The notes under the pieces were generated by a model. That model worked only from the letters and a program-made list of their open reading frames with translations. It made no database searches and was not told where the DNA came from. Shown here one piece after another: positions 52,580 through 64,000 of a DNA stretch of 64,000 nt. This DNA comes from Hypanus sabinus (taxonomy: Eukaryota), in the NCBI RefSeq assembly GCF_030144855.1, contig NC_082731.1:24056001-24120000 (forward strand). Direction: 5' to 3'. Numbering within the stretch: position 1 is the stretch's first letter; each line of letters starts with the position of its first letter. A program made the translations under genes and the position numbers.

Positions 52580-53260
52580 GGGGTGTTTGCAGTGGATATG
52601 CCAGTGTTGGTTGCGCAACGATGGGTGGAGAAAGCTAGACGAGACAATGTGTTGATATGCTCAGAATCATCCTCAGTTCTAGCAAGTTTTCACATCATAC
52701 AGCCGGCAAGGTGTACTTTATGAAGCCCTTAAGTCAGTCACAAGAATTGCAAATCAGGGAAGGCAGGTAAAATGCCTGTGGTTTCCAGCTCATGAAGGTG
52801 TGAACGGGAATGATAGGGTGGATGAGTTGGCAAAGAGGAAGTTAAGGAAGGAAATAAAGAAATGCACGTTAGTATGAGTGAAACAGAGGCTAAGTGGGTA
52901 ATCTGAAAAGAAAAACACATCCAAATGTGGCAGGGAAGAGAGGACTGAGTGGGGATAGGGAGACGTTTATATCAAATACAAAAAGGAGTTGCAGCTACTA
53001 AGGTAGGCAGTGGATACCGAAGACAGGAAGTTATGTGGACCAATTTAAGGATCGGGCCCTGTGTAATAAATAAAACAGTGAACATGATAAGGAGACACCA
53101 GAGCGGTTTGTGTGAGGAATGAGAGGAAGAGGACTCAGTACATCATGTAATTTTGAATTGCAGAACATATGGGATCAGAGCGAGTTAGTGATAATTAATA
53201 AAGGGAGTGCAGAAATTCACATTATAAGGTTACTGGGCAAAGTGAGATGGAACAGATCAG
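52580..53260 (+). mobile_element. Nimb/I-group LINE 3' fragment with RNase H and C-terminal Cys/His knuckle
   Basis: Translates with frameshifts to 'VLICS.SSSVL.S...QVKCLWFPAHEGVNGNDRVDELAK' (RNase H, WxPAHxGxxGNExxDxLAK), then 'LRIG...LN..L..I..H.SGLCEE....VHHVILNCR'. Confidence 0.75.
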
Positions 53261-55309
53261 GGTACATTTTGCTTTCTTAAGTGATACTGTTTTTTTTCTA
53301 GGATAAGATAGATAAGCAGGAATATGGTTATATGATGGCCAGAGATGGAAGGATAATGTGTAGATTAGGGTTTTCCACGATTTGGAATGCAAGCCTATCG
53401 TCGGATCCGCAGTCCGGAACAGAAGGTGCCGATAATGCACCATTAAACTGTGTGCCAACTGTCGTAAAACAAGAAGAGGAGGAAGAATAAGAAGTTCTCC
53501 CTCCTTGATTAGTACCTTGTCCATAACCTCTCACGGTTACAGCTCGTTGAACCATTTCATCAGATACAATATTCCTCAACTTCTTGTCTTATATTCCTAT
53601 CTCCTCCAAACTTTTGTTATTATTCCTATCTCCTCACCCCTCCCATTCTGACGGTCTCGCACCTCGACTCACCCATTAGAAGGCCTATACCTACAATACC
53701 CTCCATATTATTTTGTCTTCATTCCATGCTCATCTTGTGCTGATGAAGGGCCTCCTGATGGAATATCTGGTGATTCTTTTTCTCTTTTCATAAATGTTGT
53801 TTACCTTCTTTAATTCCTGCGAAATTTTGTCTGATTTAACTTCAAACTTTATAGTCTCACTTCCGTATAATGAGTGTGTTTTACGTACTATTCTCTGACA
53901 CTGTTTGGTTTTGATTTGCACAACATATGCAGGCATTTGCTGATTAATGCTAATGGAAAAAAAGCATTTTGAGGCAAGACAATTCACTGACTCATCCGTA
54001 GCGGGTTATCCAGGTCAGTCTGTTTTTTTTGTAGCGAAAGCTATTCGAATACTTCGTTGCCACTACACCACAAACGACGTTCAAAAAGATTTTTCCTACT
54101 ACTGGCAATCGAAAGAAATGCATTACAGACTAAAAAAAATAATGGAATGGAACCTTTGCAACAATATCAGATTTTTAACACCACACTACAGTTGAAGCTA
54201 CAGGCAATTTTCATCCATAATACTGAACCTGTCGAGACACAAACATATTCCCCAGAGTAGGAAAAACACAGAGCTGAGCTATTTACCGTGGTCGAATTGA
54301 TGTTGCATGAAATCAAGTGTATGCCTACATTCGCAGTTGGGCTGCTAGCACAATGCAAATGACAGTATCTTGGTTGGACGAGTAAGGGTTCAGACTGAAG
54401 CAAACTGGATGGAATTAAATCAGTAGGGTGCAGTCAGTGGAAATCACCAGCGAATTGCGTTGCAGACACTCACACAAGAAATTGAGCAGAATGGATGAAA
54501 TCCCGTGGATTTTATCAAAAGTGGTATTCAAGTTTGGTGTCCAGTTTGAAGAGGATTAATCCTCTCTGCATTATATTAACTTGCCTAGGTCTTGAGTACA
54601 TACGAAGGCAATGCTGATGACAAGTTCATTCTAATGTCTCGCAGAATATCAGAAATATTATTCTCCCAGACGAGGCGGTTTATACTGACACAAAAGTCTG
54701 TGCCTAGAGTTGTTCTGCAATGTTAGTGACATGTACAGAAGAATCCAACTTAAAGGACAAGTTGAAGGAATAAATTTGACTCTACCTTCGCTTTTTTATC
54801 AGAAGTGAGACGGGTCCGTATAACTTGGTGGAGTGATAATTAAAACCATTTATGCATTTTTTACTGATGACCCGCATATCATCAATAAAGAGCAAACTTC
54901 AAATCCATATAGAGTTCATTTTAACCATATACAAAATAATTTTAAAAAATACTACCACTATACAGATATCCACAGAATGCCAAATTTTAAATGTCCCCAT
55001 GCGGGCTGGCCGATTTGATCCCTGTAGAGGAATTCTTACATTTGCAGAATAAAGTCCTTTCTGACAAACAGTTTCGCTGTGCATCTAAAGCGACCCTTGA
55101 AGCAATGATAAAGTCTGATTTTATGGGACATCCCCTGTTGTGCTGTCAGCTCCCGACCGTTCTTTTAAAGGACCCAAATACTTTATCATACCTTTCCCAA
55201 TACTGTATTCCATTTGACCTTAATTTTGCCCGAAAATTCAATTTGTCAATTTTAGCAGCAAACGCATTGCTTTCTCATCTCTACCTACCTCTCCATCTAT
55301 ATTCGTTTT

Positions 55310-58270
55310 ATAGAACATAGAACAGTACACCGCAGTACAGGCCCATTGGCCCACAATATTGTGCTGACCTATTAAACACGTCCTCCTATTTAAAGCCCCA
55401 TCTTAAATTCACCTATATACCTGTCGAGTATTCTCTTCATTTCACTAATGTGTATGCCTCCACCACTGAGTCAGGCAGTGCATTCCACGCACCAACCACT
55501 CTGTGAGTAAAAACCTTCCTCTAGTATCCCCCTTGAACTTTCCTCCCATTGACCTTAAAGGCATGAGCTCTTGTTTTGGACAGTGGTACCCTGGGGAAGA
55601 GGGGCAGTCTGTCCACTCTATCTATTCGCCTTGGTATATTATGTCTCCTCTATAATGTCTCCTCTCATCCTCCTTCTGCCCAGAGAGTAAAACTCTAGCT
55701 CCCTTAATCTCTAATAATATAGCATACTCTCTAAACCAGATAGCATCCTGGTAAATTTTCCCTATTCCCTATTCAGTGATTCCAGATCCTTCCTATAGTG
55801 AGGCGACAAGAACTGAACACTGTACCTCAATTGTGGCCTAACCAGAGTTTCAAAGAACTACGACTCCTAAACTCTATCCCTCCAGTTATGAAGGCTAACA
55901 CTCAATAAGCTTTCTCAGCAAACCTGTCTACATGTGGACATGTACCCCCAGACCCCTCTGGTCCTCCACACTTCCAAGTATCCTCACATTTACTTTTGTC
56001 TTTGAGTTTATCCTTCCGAAGTGTACAAACTCACATACCTCTGGGTAGAACTCCATCTGCCACTTCTCAGCCCAATTCTCTCAGCAATCCTCGACAATTC
56101 CCAACACTATCCACAAGACCGCCGACGTTTTTGTCGTCTGCAAACTTTTTAACCCACCCGTGTACCCCACATTCGGGTCGTTAATAAAATTCACGGAAAG
56201 TAGATGTATTAGAAACGATCCTTGAGGGACACCTCTAGTCACAAACCACCAATCCGAATGTACTCCCTCCACCACGACCCTCTGCTTTCTGCAGGTAAGC
56301 CCAATCTGAATCCACCTGGCCTGTCCAATCCTCCCTGGATCCCATGCCCTCTGATTACGCCGACCGTGTTGTTCCTTGTTAAAAGCCTTACTAAAATCCA
56401 TATCAATCCCATCCACTGCGCTAGCCTCATCCGCAGCTTTTCCCAAATACCATCAAATCCGTTCTCTAAATCATTTTCTTACAATGTGAAAAATAGGGGT
56501 CCCAGAAGTAATCGCAAGGGGAAATTACCAGACGCCTCTATTTATTCCCATCCGCTGCCGCCTGCCTGGCAGCCATTCCGCTATCCATGGCAGTATATTT
56601 CCTGTAATGCCATGGGATCTTAACATGCCCAGCAACGTCAAGTATGGCATCTTAAGAAACGCCTTTCAAAAGGCGATGCAAATGACATGCACTACCTGTA
56701 CTTTTTCCACCCTGCTTGTTATTTCCTACAGGACTTTAATAGATTTGTCAGGCAAGATAACCCTTGAAGACATGCTGATTTTGACTTATTTTATCATTTC
56801 ATTCCAAGTACAACCCCACAACCCCTTTCAGAATAATAATCTTTCCAACACTTTACTGCCACCTAAGTCAGTCTCACTAGTCTATCATTTCCGCTTTTTG
56901 CCTTCCCTCCTTCTTAAATTGTAGAATGAAAGTTCCAATGCTCCAGTCCTGAGGAACAATGTCAGAATCGACTGATTCTTGTCGCATCAGGACCAATGCA
57001 CCGTTATATCTGCAGAAATCACTCTCTGGAATCTCGGGTGTCGTTAATTTTGTTAGGACACTTATCCACCTTAATACGTTGGTTTTGCACAACACTATTT
57101 CCCTTGTAATGGCGATAGGACTCCACCTTGCTTCCTGACTCAAACTGGACCCTGGCACACTTCTAATGTCTTCCACAGGGAATACAAATGCAAAGTACAT
57201 TATTACGTCCAGCTGCCACTGTTTTGCTCCATCCCCATTACTACCTTAACAGCATAATTTGTTATGTCTGTTACTCTTAACATTATTTACGAAAAAAAAT
57301 CTTGTATCCTACTTTTCATTATTAGCTAGTCTGCCCTCATATTTCATCTTTTTTCCCCCTTCTAGTTTTTTTTTTGTTGTGCTTTTTGGATTTTGAAATC
57401 TTCTCAATAATCCGACTTCACCCTCACTTTAGCTAACATATATGCACATTCTTTGTCTTGCATGTATTCCTTAAATTAAATTGTCTCTCACGGTTAGCAC
57501 TTACGGCCATTTGAAAGCAGTGTATTTTTGCTAGTTTGAAATTTGCATCTGTTGTCTAATTTAACGCTTCGTTCTGCGTGTATTTGTACCAATTCATTGT
57601 CGTGCCCTGCGCTAAAACTATATTTCGCCCATTATCCATTTGTAAACTGTCCGGCTCATCCTCAGCCCTATTGTACTTCCATATCATTCTCAATCTCTCC
57701 CAATCGCTCTAGTAAATCTGCTCGCAAGAATATTGCTCCCCTTCGGATTCAGGAGCTACGCGCCATATGGAGACCTCCTACCCTCCCAAAAATATATACC
57801 AATTAACCGCAAATCAGAATCGCTACCCCACGCCGCAAATCTTGAGACATGCATTTATCTGCTACCTCATTCTGTTCTTCTCCTCACTATTGCGTGAATC
57901 AGGCAGGGAATCCCTAGTTTACTACCTTTGAATTCCTGCTTCTTGGATGCAATCCTAAATGTCTGTATTATTATTTTTTTTAATTTAATTCCTTCTACCA
58001 TTTTCTTTCTATGTTGTTGGTAGCAATATACACCACGGCTTCTGTCTTCACACCCTCCCCTTTCAGTTTATTGTGGACGCCCGAAATACGCCCTGGCACC
58101 TGCGAATCAAAGTGCCATCCATGTTTCTGTTCTCCCCCCCCCCCGACTATAAATTCCATTATTACTGCTGCCATTCTCCGCAGTTGCCTACCTTTCTCAG
58201 ACACATGATCACTGACAGAGGCACGGTCGTCATTCTTTTCGCAGCGAGTACACAAACTAGCGATCTTATT
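55310..58270 (-). mobile_element. CR1-type LINE, long decayed copy including ORF1 region
   Basis: RT 'DGIDMDFSKAF.K..HGR...QRVVVEG..SDW..VTRGVPQGS' (56081-56446), 'VPQDWSIGTFILQFKKEGRQ' (56877-57200), ORF1 'KGEG...EAVVYIATNNIERK' (57995-58255), and 3' end at about 55310. Confidence 0.85.
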
Positions 58271-58469
58271 ACGAACGTGTCAGCCACAGGATAGCACTAA
58301 ACTATTAGACATTTTCTGCTTCCACTCCTAACAGTGATACATCTATTTTTTCTTCAGTACTCTGGGAGTGACTCACACCCTGTGCTTCACTCTCCCTTCA
58401 AAGTCAAAGGTCACTGTTCGTGTGTCACTCTCACAATAATCAGACTTTTTTAATCTATGGTGTGCAGTG

Positions 58470-58575
58470 ACGTTAGTCCTGACGATGCATCTCGGCCCGA
58501 AAAGTCGAAATCGCTTCTACCTATAGATGCTGCCTAGCCTGCTGTGTTCTACCAGCATTTTGGGTGTGTGGCAGT
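58470..58575 (+). mobile_element. Penelope-type 3' tail fragment
   Basis: 'gtcctgacgatgcatctcggcccgaaaagtcg...atagatgctgcctagcctgctgtgttctaccagcattttg'. Confidence 0.75.
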
Positions 58576-61500
58576 GTATTGTTGCTGCATTTTCTGCGAG
58601 TTTTCCCTTTAAGCAGTTATCTGTTTGGTGCATGTGATTCACAAAGGAAACAGGATCTGTTCGGACCGGTGCGCCTCCGTCTAGCCGTTCCATTTTGTAT
58701 AGGCTCACTTTAATTCCTGGCTAATTATACCAATATAACAATGACAGCCGTCTGCCTAGAAAATAAAAGCAGTGCGCGCTTTTGGGCGTTCTATTTAGAC
58801 CTGTCCAGCGCACAAACATAGGTGGAAGCAATGCAAATCCTGTTTTGCCCTGTTGTCAGGTTCCGGCTACCAGCTACACGGGGTAAGCCAAAGGAAACTG
58901 AAGAATACGTTTGGCACCAACCTGGCTGAAGTAGTTGCTGGAAGGACGTTCAGCGACGTCCAGCCGTCCTCCGCTGCTCCTCTCCACATTTTCTGTCTGC
59001 GTTTACTCCCACAGCCTTCTTCTCTCCCGAGGGTCTGTGGCGCATTTGTCCATAGCTGGGAATCTTTATCTCCCTTACAAGAGCGTGTCTGTCCCTTTTC
59101 TCTGCGGATCAAGGTGAGCCTGAAAAAAAATAATTTTCTTTGTTTCGTCAGCGAGGAAGGACCACATTAAGCATGTAGTTGGTGAGCCGATGGACTTGCA
59201 GGAAGAGATATGCGTGTTCATGTCTGCTTTTTGCGAGGCTGCTGGGCAGTGGTGGTAACTGAAAGCGAAAACGACTAGCAGTGCCCACAATACCACTGCA
59301 GGAGACACGTCACTGCAAACGGTGGCACAAATATACGAATATTTCAGCCAATAATTACACTTTTCTTTTTAAATCGCCGACCGTTAGTCGCTAATAATGA
59401 TACATATGAAAAGTTATATTTGGATTGAACGAGCGGAATAAGATAAGCCCTTCTGTATTTGTTCGATAATGGATTGTTGACTGTATTTTGGTTTCGGATC
59501 CGCCGGAATGCTTCAACCCTTCAGCATGAACTCACAATTTCTGCAGGATATTTATTTTCAAGAATACAACACAGAAATTCGTAACGCTGCTAGCGACCCA
59601 TCAGATTCTCCGGCAGTCTGCGCCCTGTGGAATTGAAAATAGGATCAGACAAGGAAATATTTTCACTTCTTTGTCTAAGACGTATTGCGGTATCTGTGCA
59701 CACCATATAAACAATTTCCATACAGGAGTCCCCTTCAAAGCTATGTCGCAACGGGAAATACCCCATACATGTAAATAAGTATCGACTGAAGAAAAATAAA
59801 ACAACTTCCAGAATATTACATCCGAAAGGGGAAGAATAACAGTTCCTCGTTTTCCTCAGTGATCCTGAAGAGCAATGGATTATCAGTATCCGAACCTGCA
59901 CGACTATTTACAGGCGAAATGCGCACACTGATCTGGAGACTGTTTATAAGGAAATTAGACCTGGATGCAAAATAACCATTCAAGAATCACTTCTTCTCCA
60001 GCATGAATGCCATGTAGAAGGTTTCTTGTTTGATTCAGACAGATGGAATCGCAAGATTAATTTCAGACACTGAGATGCTCCTGAAAAATGTTACCACGAG
60101 GTAATATATGGTTCGATGTTGGAAGGTTTTTGCTGATGAGCAGTATGTGAAATTCAAACTCACCAACCTATATCAAATATGCTGCTATCGACAACCGTTA
60201 TGTCTCTCTTCCTCTCTATGCACCTCTTCTCCTGTTCAATACATCTTGTTTTCTCAACAGTGGTTATTAGACTGATGATTCTGCCTGTTTTGTTTAATAA
60301 ATAAATCACACGAACAATTAAACACTGAAACGCGCTGTGCCCAATGCATAATTTATTACGCATTTGGTGTCTTCGCCTGCTGACCCAAATGCGTATCCTG
60401 TGAAATGAAGTAGAGAAATATCCATCTTCGTTGAATTTCTGTCTGCATGTTATTTCTCATACAGTCAGTCATTGATGTCATGCAGTATGTTAGATTGGCA
60501 AGGTGCAAAATAAGCATTTTTTCTAGCCTTCCTTATCGAGACCGTGTGGGTTATTAACTATTATTATATTAACGGAAATAGTATTTGTTGTTACATTAGC
60601 AGATATCCCTCTTTCACCGGATTAGTGATCCACTCTGCTTCCCTTATTCACTGTTGTTGCAGCACTGAATTTGAATGCTACCAGTTTCCTTTAGAGAAGA
60701 CTAAAAACCACCACAGTTTTCCTGTGTCATGACTACGTAAACAGAGGACCTTGTTACTAACGCGAACAAAACCACTGCAAAAACTCTTAAGGCTTCAGCA
60801 TATATCTGTACTATGACACAATATCAGTGCAACTTGATGTCCCCAATGAGTTCATGCGTGTTTACTATTCTGCCGATAACATCAAACTCTACCTACATTA
60901 TGTCTGCAGCAGTTTCTTAAATATTTGTTTTGCAATGGGTTCGAAGGGCTTTCTCTTAATTGGAACCGACACATTTGAAAGTTTTTTTTTCCCCAAAAAT
61001 ATATTTTCTCTGATTCAGTTCTGCAACACGGTCTTTCAGTCGATTCGCGTTGCGTGTGAATTTATTTCCCTCATCATAAGCGGATAGCAGAACTTCAGGA
61101 ACGTCTAAAATGATAGCACTATTTTCCGCGTATAGAACAGCGGGAAATTGTCCTGAGAAAAAAGGGAGACACGTCTTCTGCTCGGAAATGAACATCGGCA
61201 ATACATATCTTCTAAATTTTAACGATTTTGAATATGTTGGAGGAATTCATCCGATAAACATGTTGGCAAGTGTTGCAATTCGGTTAAACGGATGATCCTT
61301 CTAAGATCATTAATTAAGACTAGTCCTCGGATACAGAATCGACGCATAGAATGTGTGAAATTTCGGAATGCCGGCCAATATCTTCTGACAGACAGATCAC
61401 GTCAGTTGATACTTACTGTTCAAAACAGCTGTTATGATGAGGCAAAGCAATGTCTCCATGTGCGAGCACAGACAGGTAACAAACCGCTCATTTTCATGTG

Positions 61501-62297
61501 TTATCTGTGTTTGAAACAAAAGAGGATCTCCAAAGCTCTCAGCGAATTTGTCCTTACACGGGATTGGCTGAACCATCTCTGCTGTACTGGCGCATAGAGT
61601 GCAAGTTTGTGTCCCGATTTATCTCTCGCTCGCTCGCTCGATCTCGTCTTTCGCCCACACATACGTCATAGTGATATACCAGCAAAGCGTTATTCATTTA
61701 TTTACATAACAATAGCTAACAAATGTCAGGGAAACTTAGCACGGCAGGCAGCATCCGTTGAAACGAGCACTTTTGAAGTTTCTGGCCGACAGCCGTTGGA
61801 ATGACATGAGCATTAATTAAAAAATGAAGCTGAGTAGATTTAAAACTAGTGAGACGGGTAGAAAATGCATCATACTTTTGAGTGCAGATGCGGCCGGGTG
61901 CGAGGAATTTAGAAAAGAGGATAATATTTTTACAAGTAAGAAGTCAACTATAACATTAATACATAGACTGTTGCGCGTAACTGACAAAACGGAAGGAATA
62001 GCTGATACACAAGCTCGTGCCCTGGATGAACCTTTTATTTGATTTCCATTCTCTAGTCATTTATCTCTTCGTTCAATTAGCTCCCTGGCTCTTTACTTTC
62101 TCCTCCCCTCCCTCTTTCACGTGTAACCTTATATTTCCCCCATTGATCCCAGAACCTCTCAGATCTATTCTTCATTTTATTTTTGTCCAGTTCTGCTGAG
62201 GTCTCGGACCGAGTAGCTGACTGTACCCTTTTGCAAAAATGCAACCTTGATCCCCATGCTTTCTCTGCGTGTTTTCCTTAACTGTTAGGGTAATCTA

Positions 62298-63356
62298 TGT
62301 TACGATCTGTTCCGCATGAGCTTCTCTACATTTGAAGAGTCATTTACTGCATCCCCTTTTGGAATTATGCTCTACAACCTAGGCTGTGACAGTGATGAGC
62401 ATGCAGAAAGGTTTCACTCGGATACTATTTTGTTCCATACCCCGTGGGTATCTTGTGACTCTCTTATGACCATGATGTAATTGAATATCTTGTGAGCATG
62501 ATATAATGCTCTTGTGTTGGTGCGGTGATGTAATTACACGCCAGTGTGAGGTCACGTGATGGCATTTTCTCAACATGTACATAAATGGAAAACCCTGTGG
62601 TTACACATTTGATTCGTTCTTTGTTTTGTCGGTTACTCCATTATGCTGCGTATTTGTCTTTTGACGCAGTTTCGTTTAAAAGTGGAGTTACACATTCTAC
62701 TGTAATGTACAAAATCTACGTGCCGGCAGCTTCGTCATTCGCTGTCAGTTTTGCTTGGTGCATCTTTGATTTAATTTTAAAGTCTAAGTATTTGACAGTG
62801 AAGAACTTACTAAAGTACGGGAACCCGAATGGTTGACTAAAGTCTGCGTCGTTCGGCGATTTAATACAGGATCGACCTTATTGAATCTTCGTTCAGAAGT
62901 CGTGACCTACATCTTAGATTACCCCAGCTTGTCAGAGCAGGAAGGTTTGCGCAGTGTTAATTTGACAAGAATAGTATCAGATCCTTTAAGACATTTTTAT
63001 TTCCTTCGTCGTGAATCCTTTGGCAAGGCATATCTCGACTGTGATCAGATGATTAGTCATTTTCTTCGGATAAGTTGTTGCAGTAAAGTCTCTCATTACT
63101 GACTGTATAAATCTATTGCACTTTCGAGTTTACCACTTTAATAATGTGTTCGGAATTACCACTTTAAGACTGGGTACGAATTTACAACTTTCGGAACTAT
63201 TCCAGAGTTAGGCCATTTGCTAAGTTGCCGTATAGCATCTAACGTACGGTTCAGTTAGCAGTTTGTTTACTTTTCATTTTGTTGAGCAAAGTTTAATACA
63301 CGTTTGTTTATAAAACCTGACTTAATTCTATATTCATTGTTGCCGGATATGTAACA
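62298..63356 (+). mobile_element. Possible solo LTR
   Basis: Bounded by inverted termini tgttac...gtaaca. No target-site duplication found, and the left boundary is uncertain. Confidence 0.35.
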
Positions 63357-64000
63357 ATTTCATGAAGAAAGTCTATCGGACATTTGCAGTACTTCAGATA
63401 AGTTTCAAACAATTAAGTGAGCAGCCTAAAAGACTATAATTTTTAGAAATTATGTTTGTTTTCAGCTTTAAACTGCCTATCTTAGTCGCAAAAAAAGGTC
63501 GGGTAAGCAATAAGTTGGGGTAAATGCACAGTGAATCTTTGGAAAAATATTGAGTTTTTGAGATGTTTCAAATTGCAGGATCTTTTTATTTCCGCAGCGC
63601 CTTTGATTATGCCACGTCTGAGCAGCTTGGATGGAAACTATTAAATAATTTCGTTATCAGACTTATGCATATGAAATCCTTAGCTACGCCCTTGGACTAT
63701 GCAGTAAATAACATCATCTTAGATCCACAAATAGAATCTCTCCCTCTTCAAATTCGAATAATTTCCAGAGGACTATGTTGCTTGGACGATTCCCCATGAA
63801 GACATTGAAAGAGCGGATGTCACTTTGGATTAAACTTTTGTTTTGAGGGGACGTGTTTTTTTACTGCCAATTCTTGTTCTGCGTGCAAAGCTACAGTATC
63901 TGTTAAATAAATTCGAAAATGTCACAGCAGTTTTCTCTTTTGGAGAGATATTGTGATTTGTTGCCTTTTTTCGGTTTATTTACTTTCTGAAGGCTTCGAC

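Noticed and set aside
58867-59308. Signal-peptide-like ORF (MSPAVVLWALLVVFAFS) and a downstream acceptor-led frame with faint Ig-like spacing
   Set aside because: GTG start, no splice donor after the hydrophobic stretch, acceptor phase inconsistent with an Ig exon, and no second Cys.
1-64000. Prokaryotic-type features (CRISPR arrays, operons, rRNA/tRNA genes)
   Set aside because: None seen; the window is intron-containing, repeat-rich vertebrate DNA.

Overview
Vertebrate genomic DNA from a cartilaginous fish, probably a ray or skate (inferred from the repeat content and the receptor type). It is part of a T-cell receptor alpha/delta V region. All intact immune segments lie on the minus strand. 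The main feature is a complete, apparently intact NAR-TCR cassette at 27.4-31.1 kb: leader, IgNAR-like V (22-spacer RSS), D (12/12 RSS), J (23 RSS), then a leaderless 'supporting' TCR-delta V. The J splices in frame onto that V, which is followed by two tandem 23-RSSs. A conventional TCR alpha/delta V with leader lies at 7.4-7.9 kb. No C exon or TCR-delta D/J is visible; by orientation they should lie beyond position 1. The rest is mostly decayed transposable elements (Penelope, BEL/Pao, Gypsy, CR1, L1, Rex1/Babar, Nimb/I-type), microsatellites and three assembly gaps. Immune segment and RSS coordinates were counted by hand from the sequence. Repeat boundaries are approximate, and family assignments come from motif recognition without database searches.
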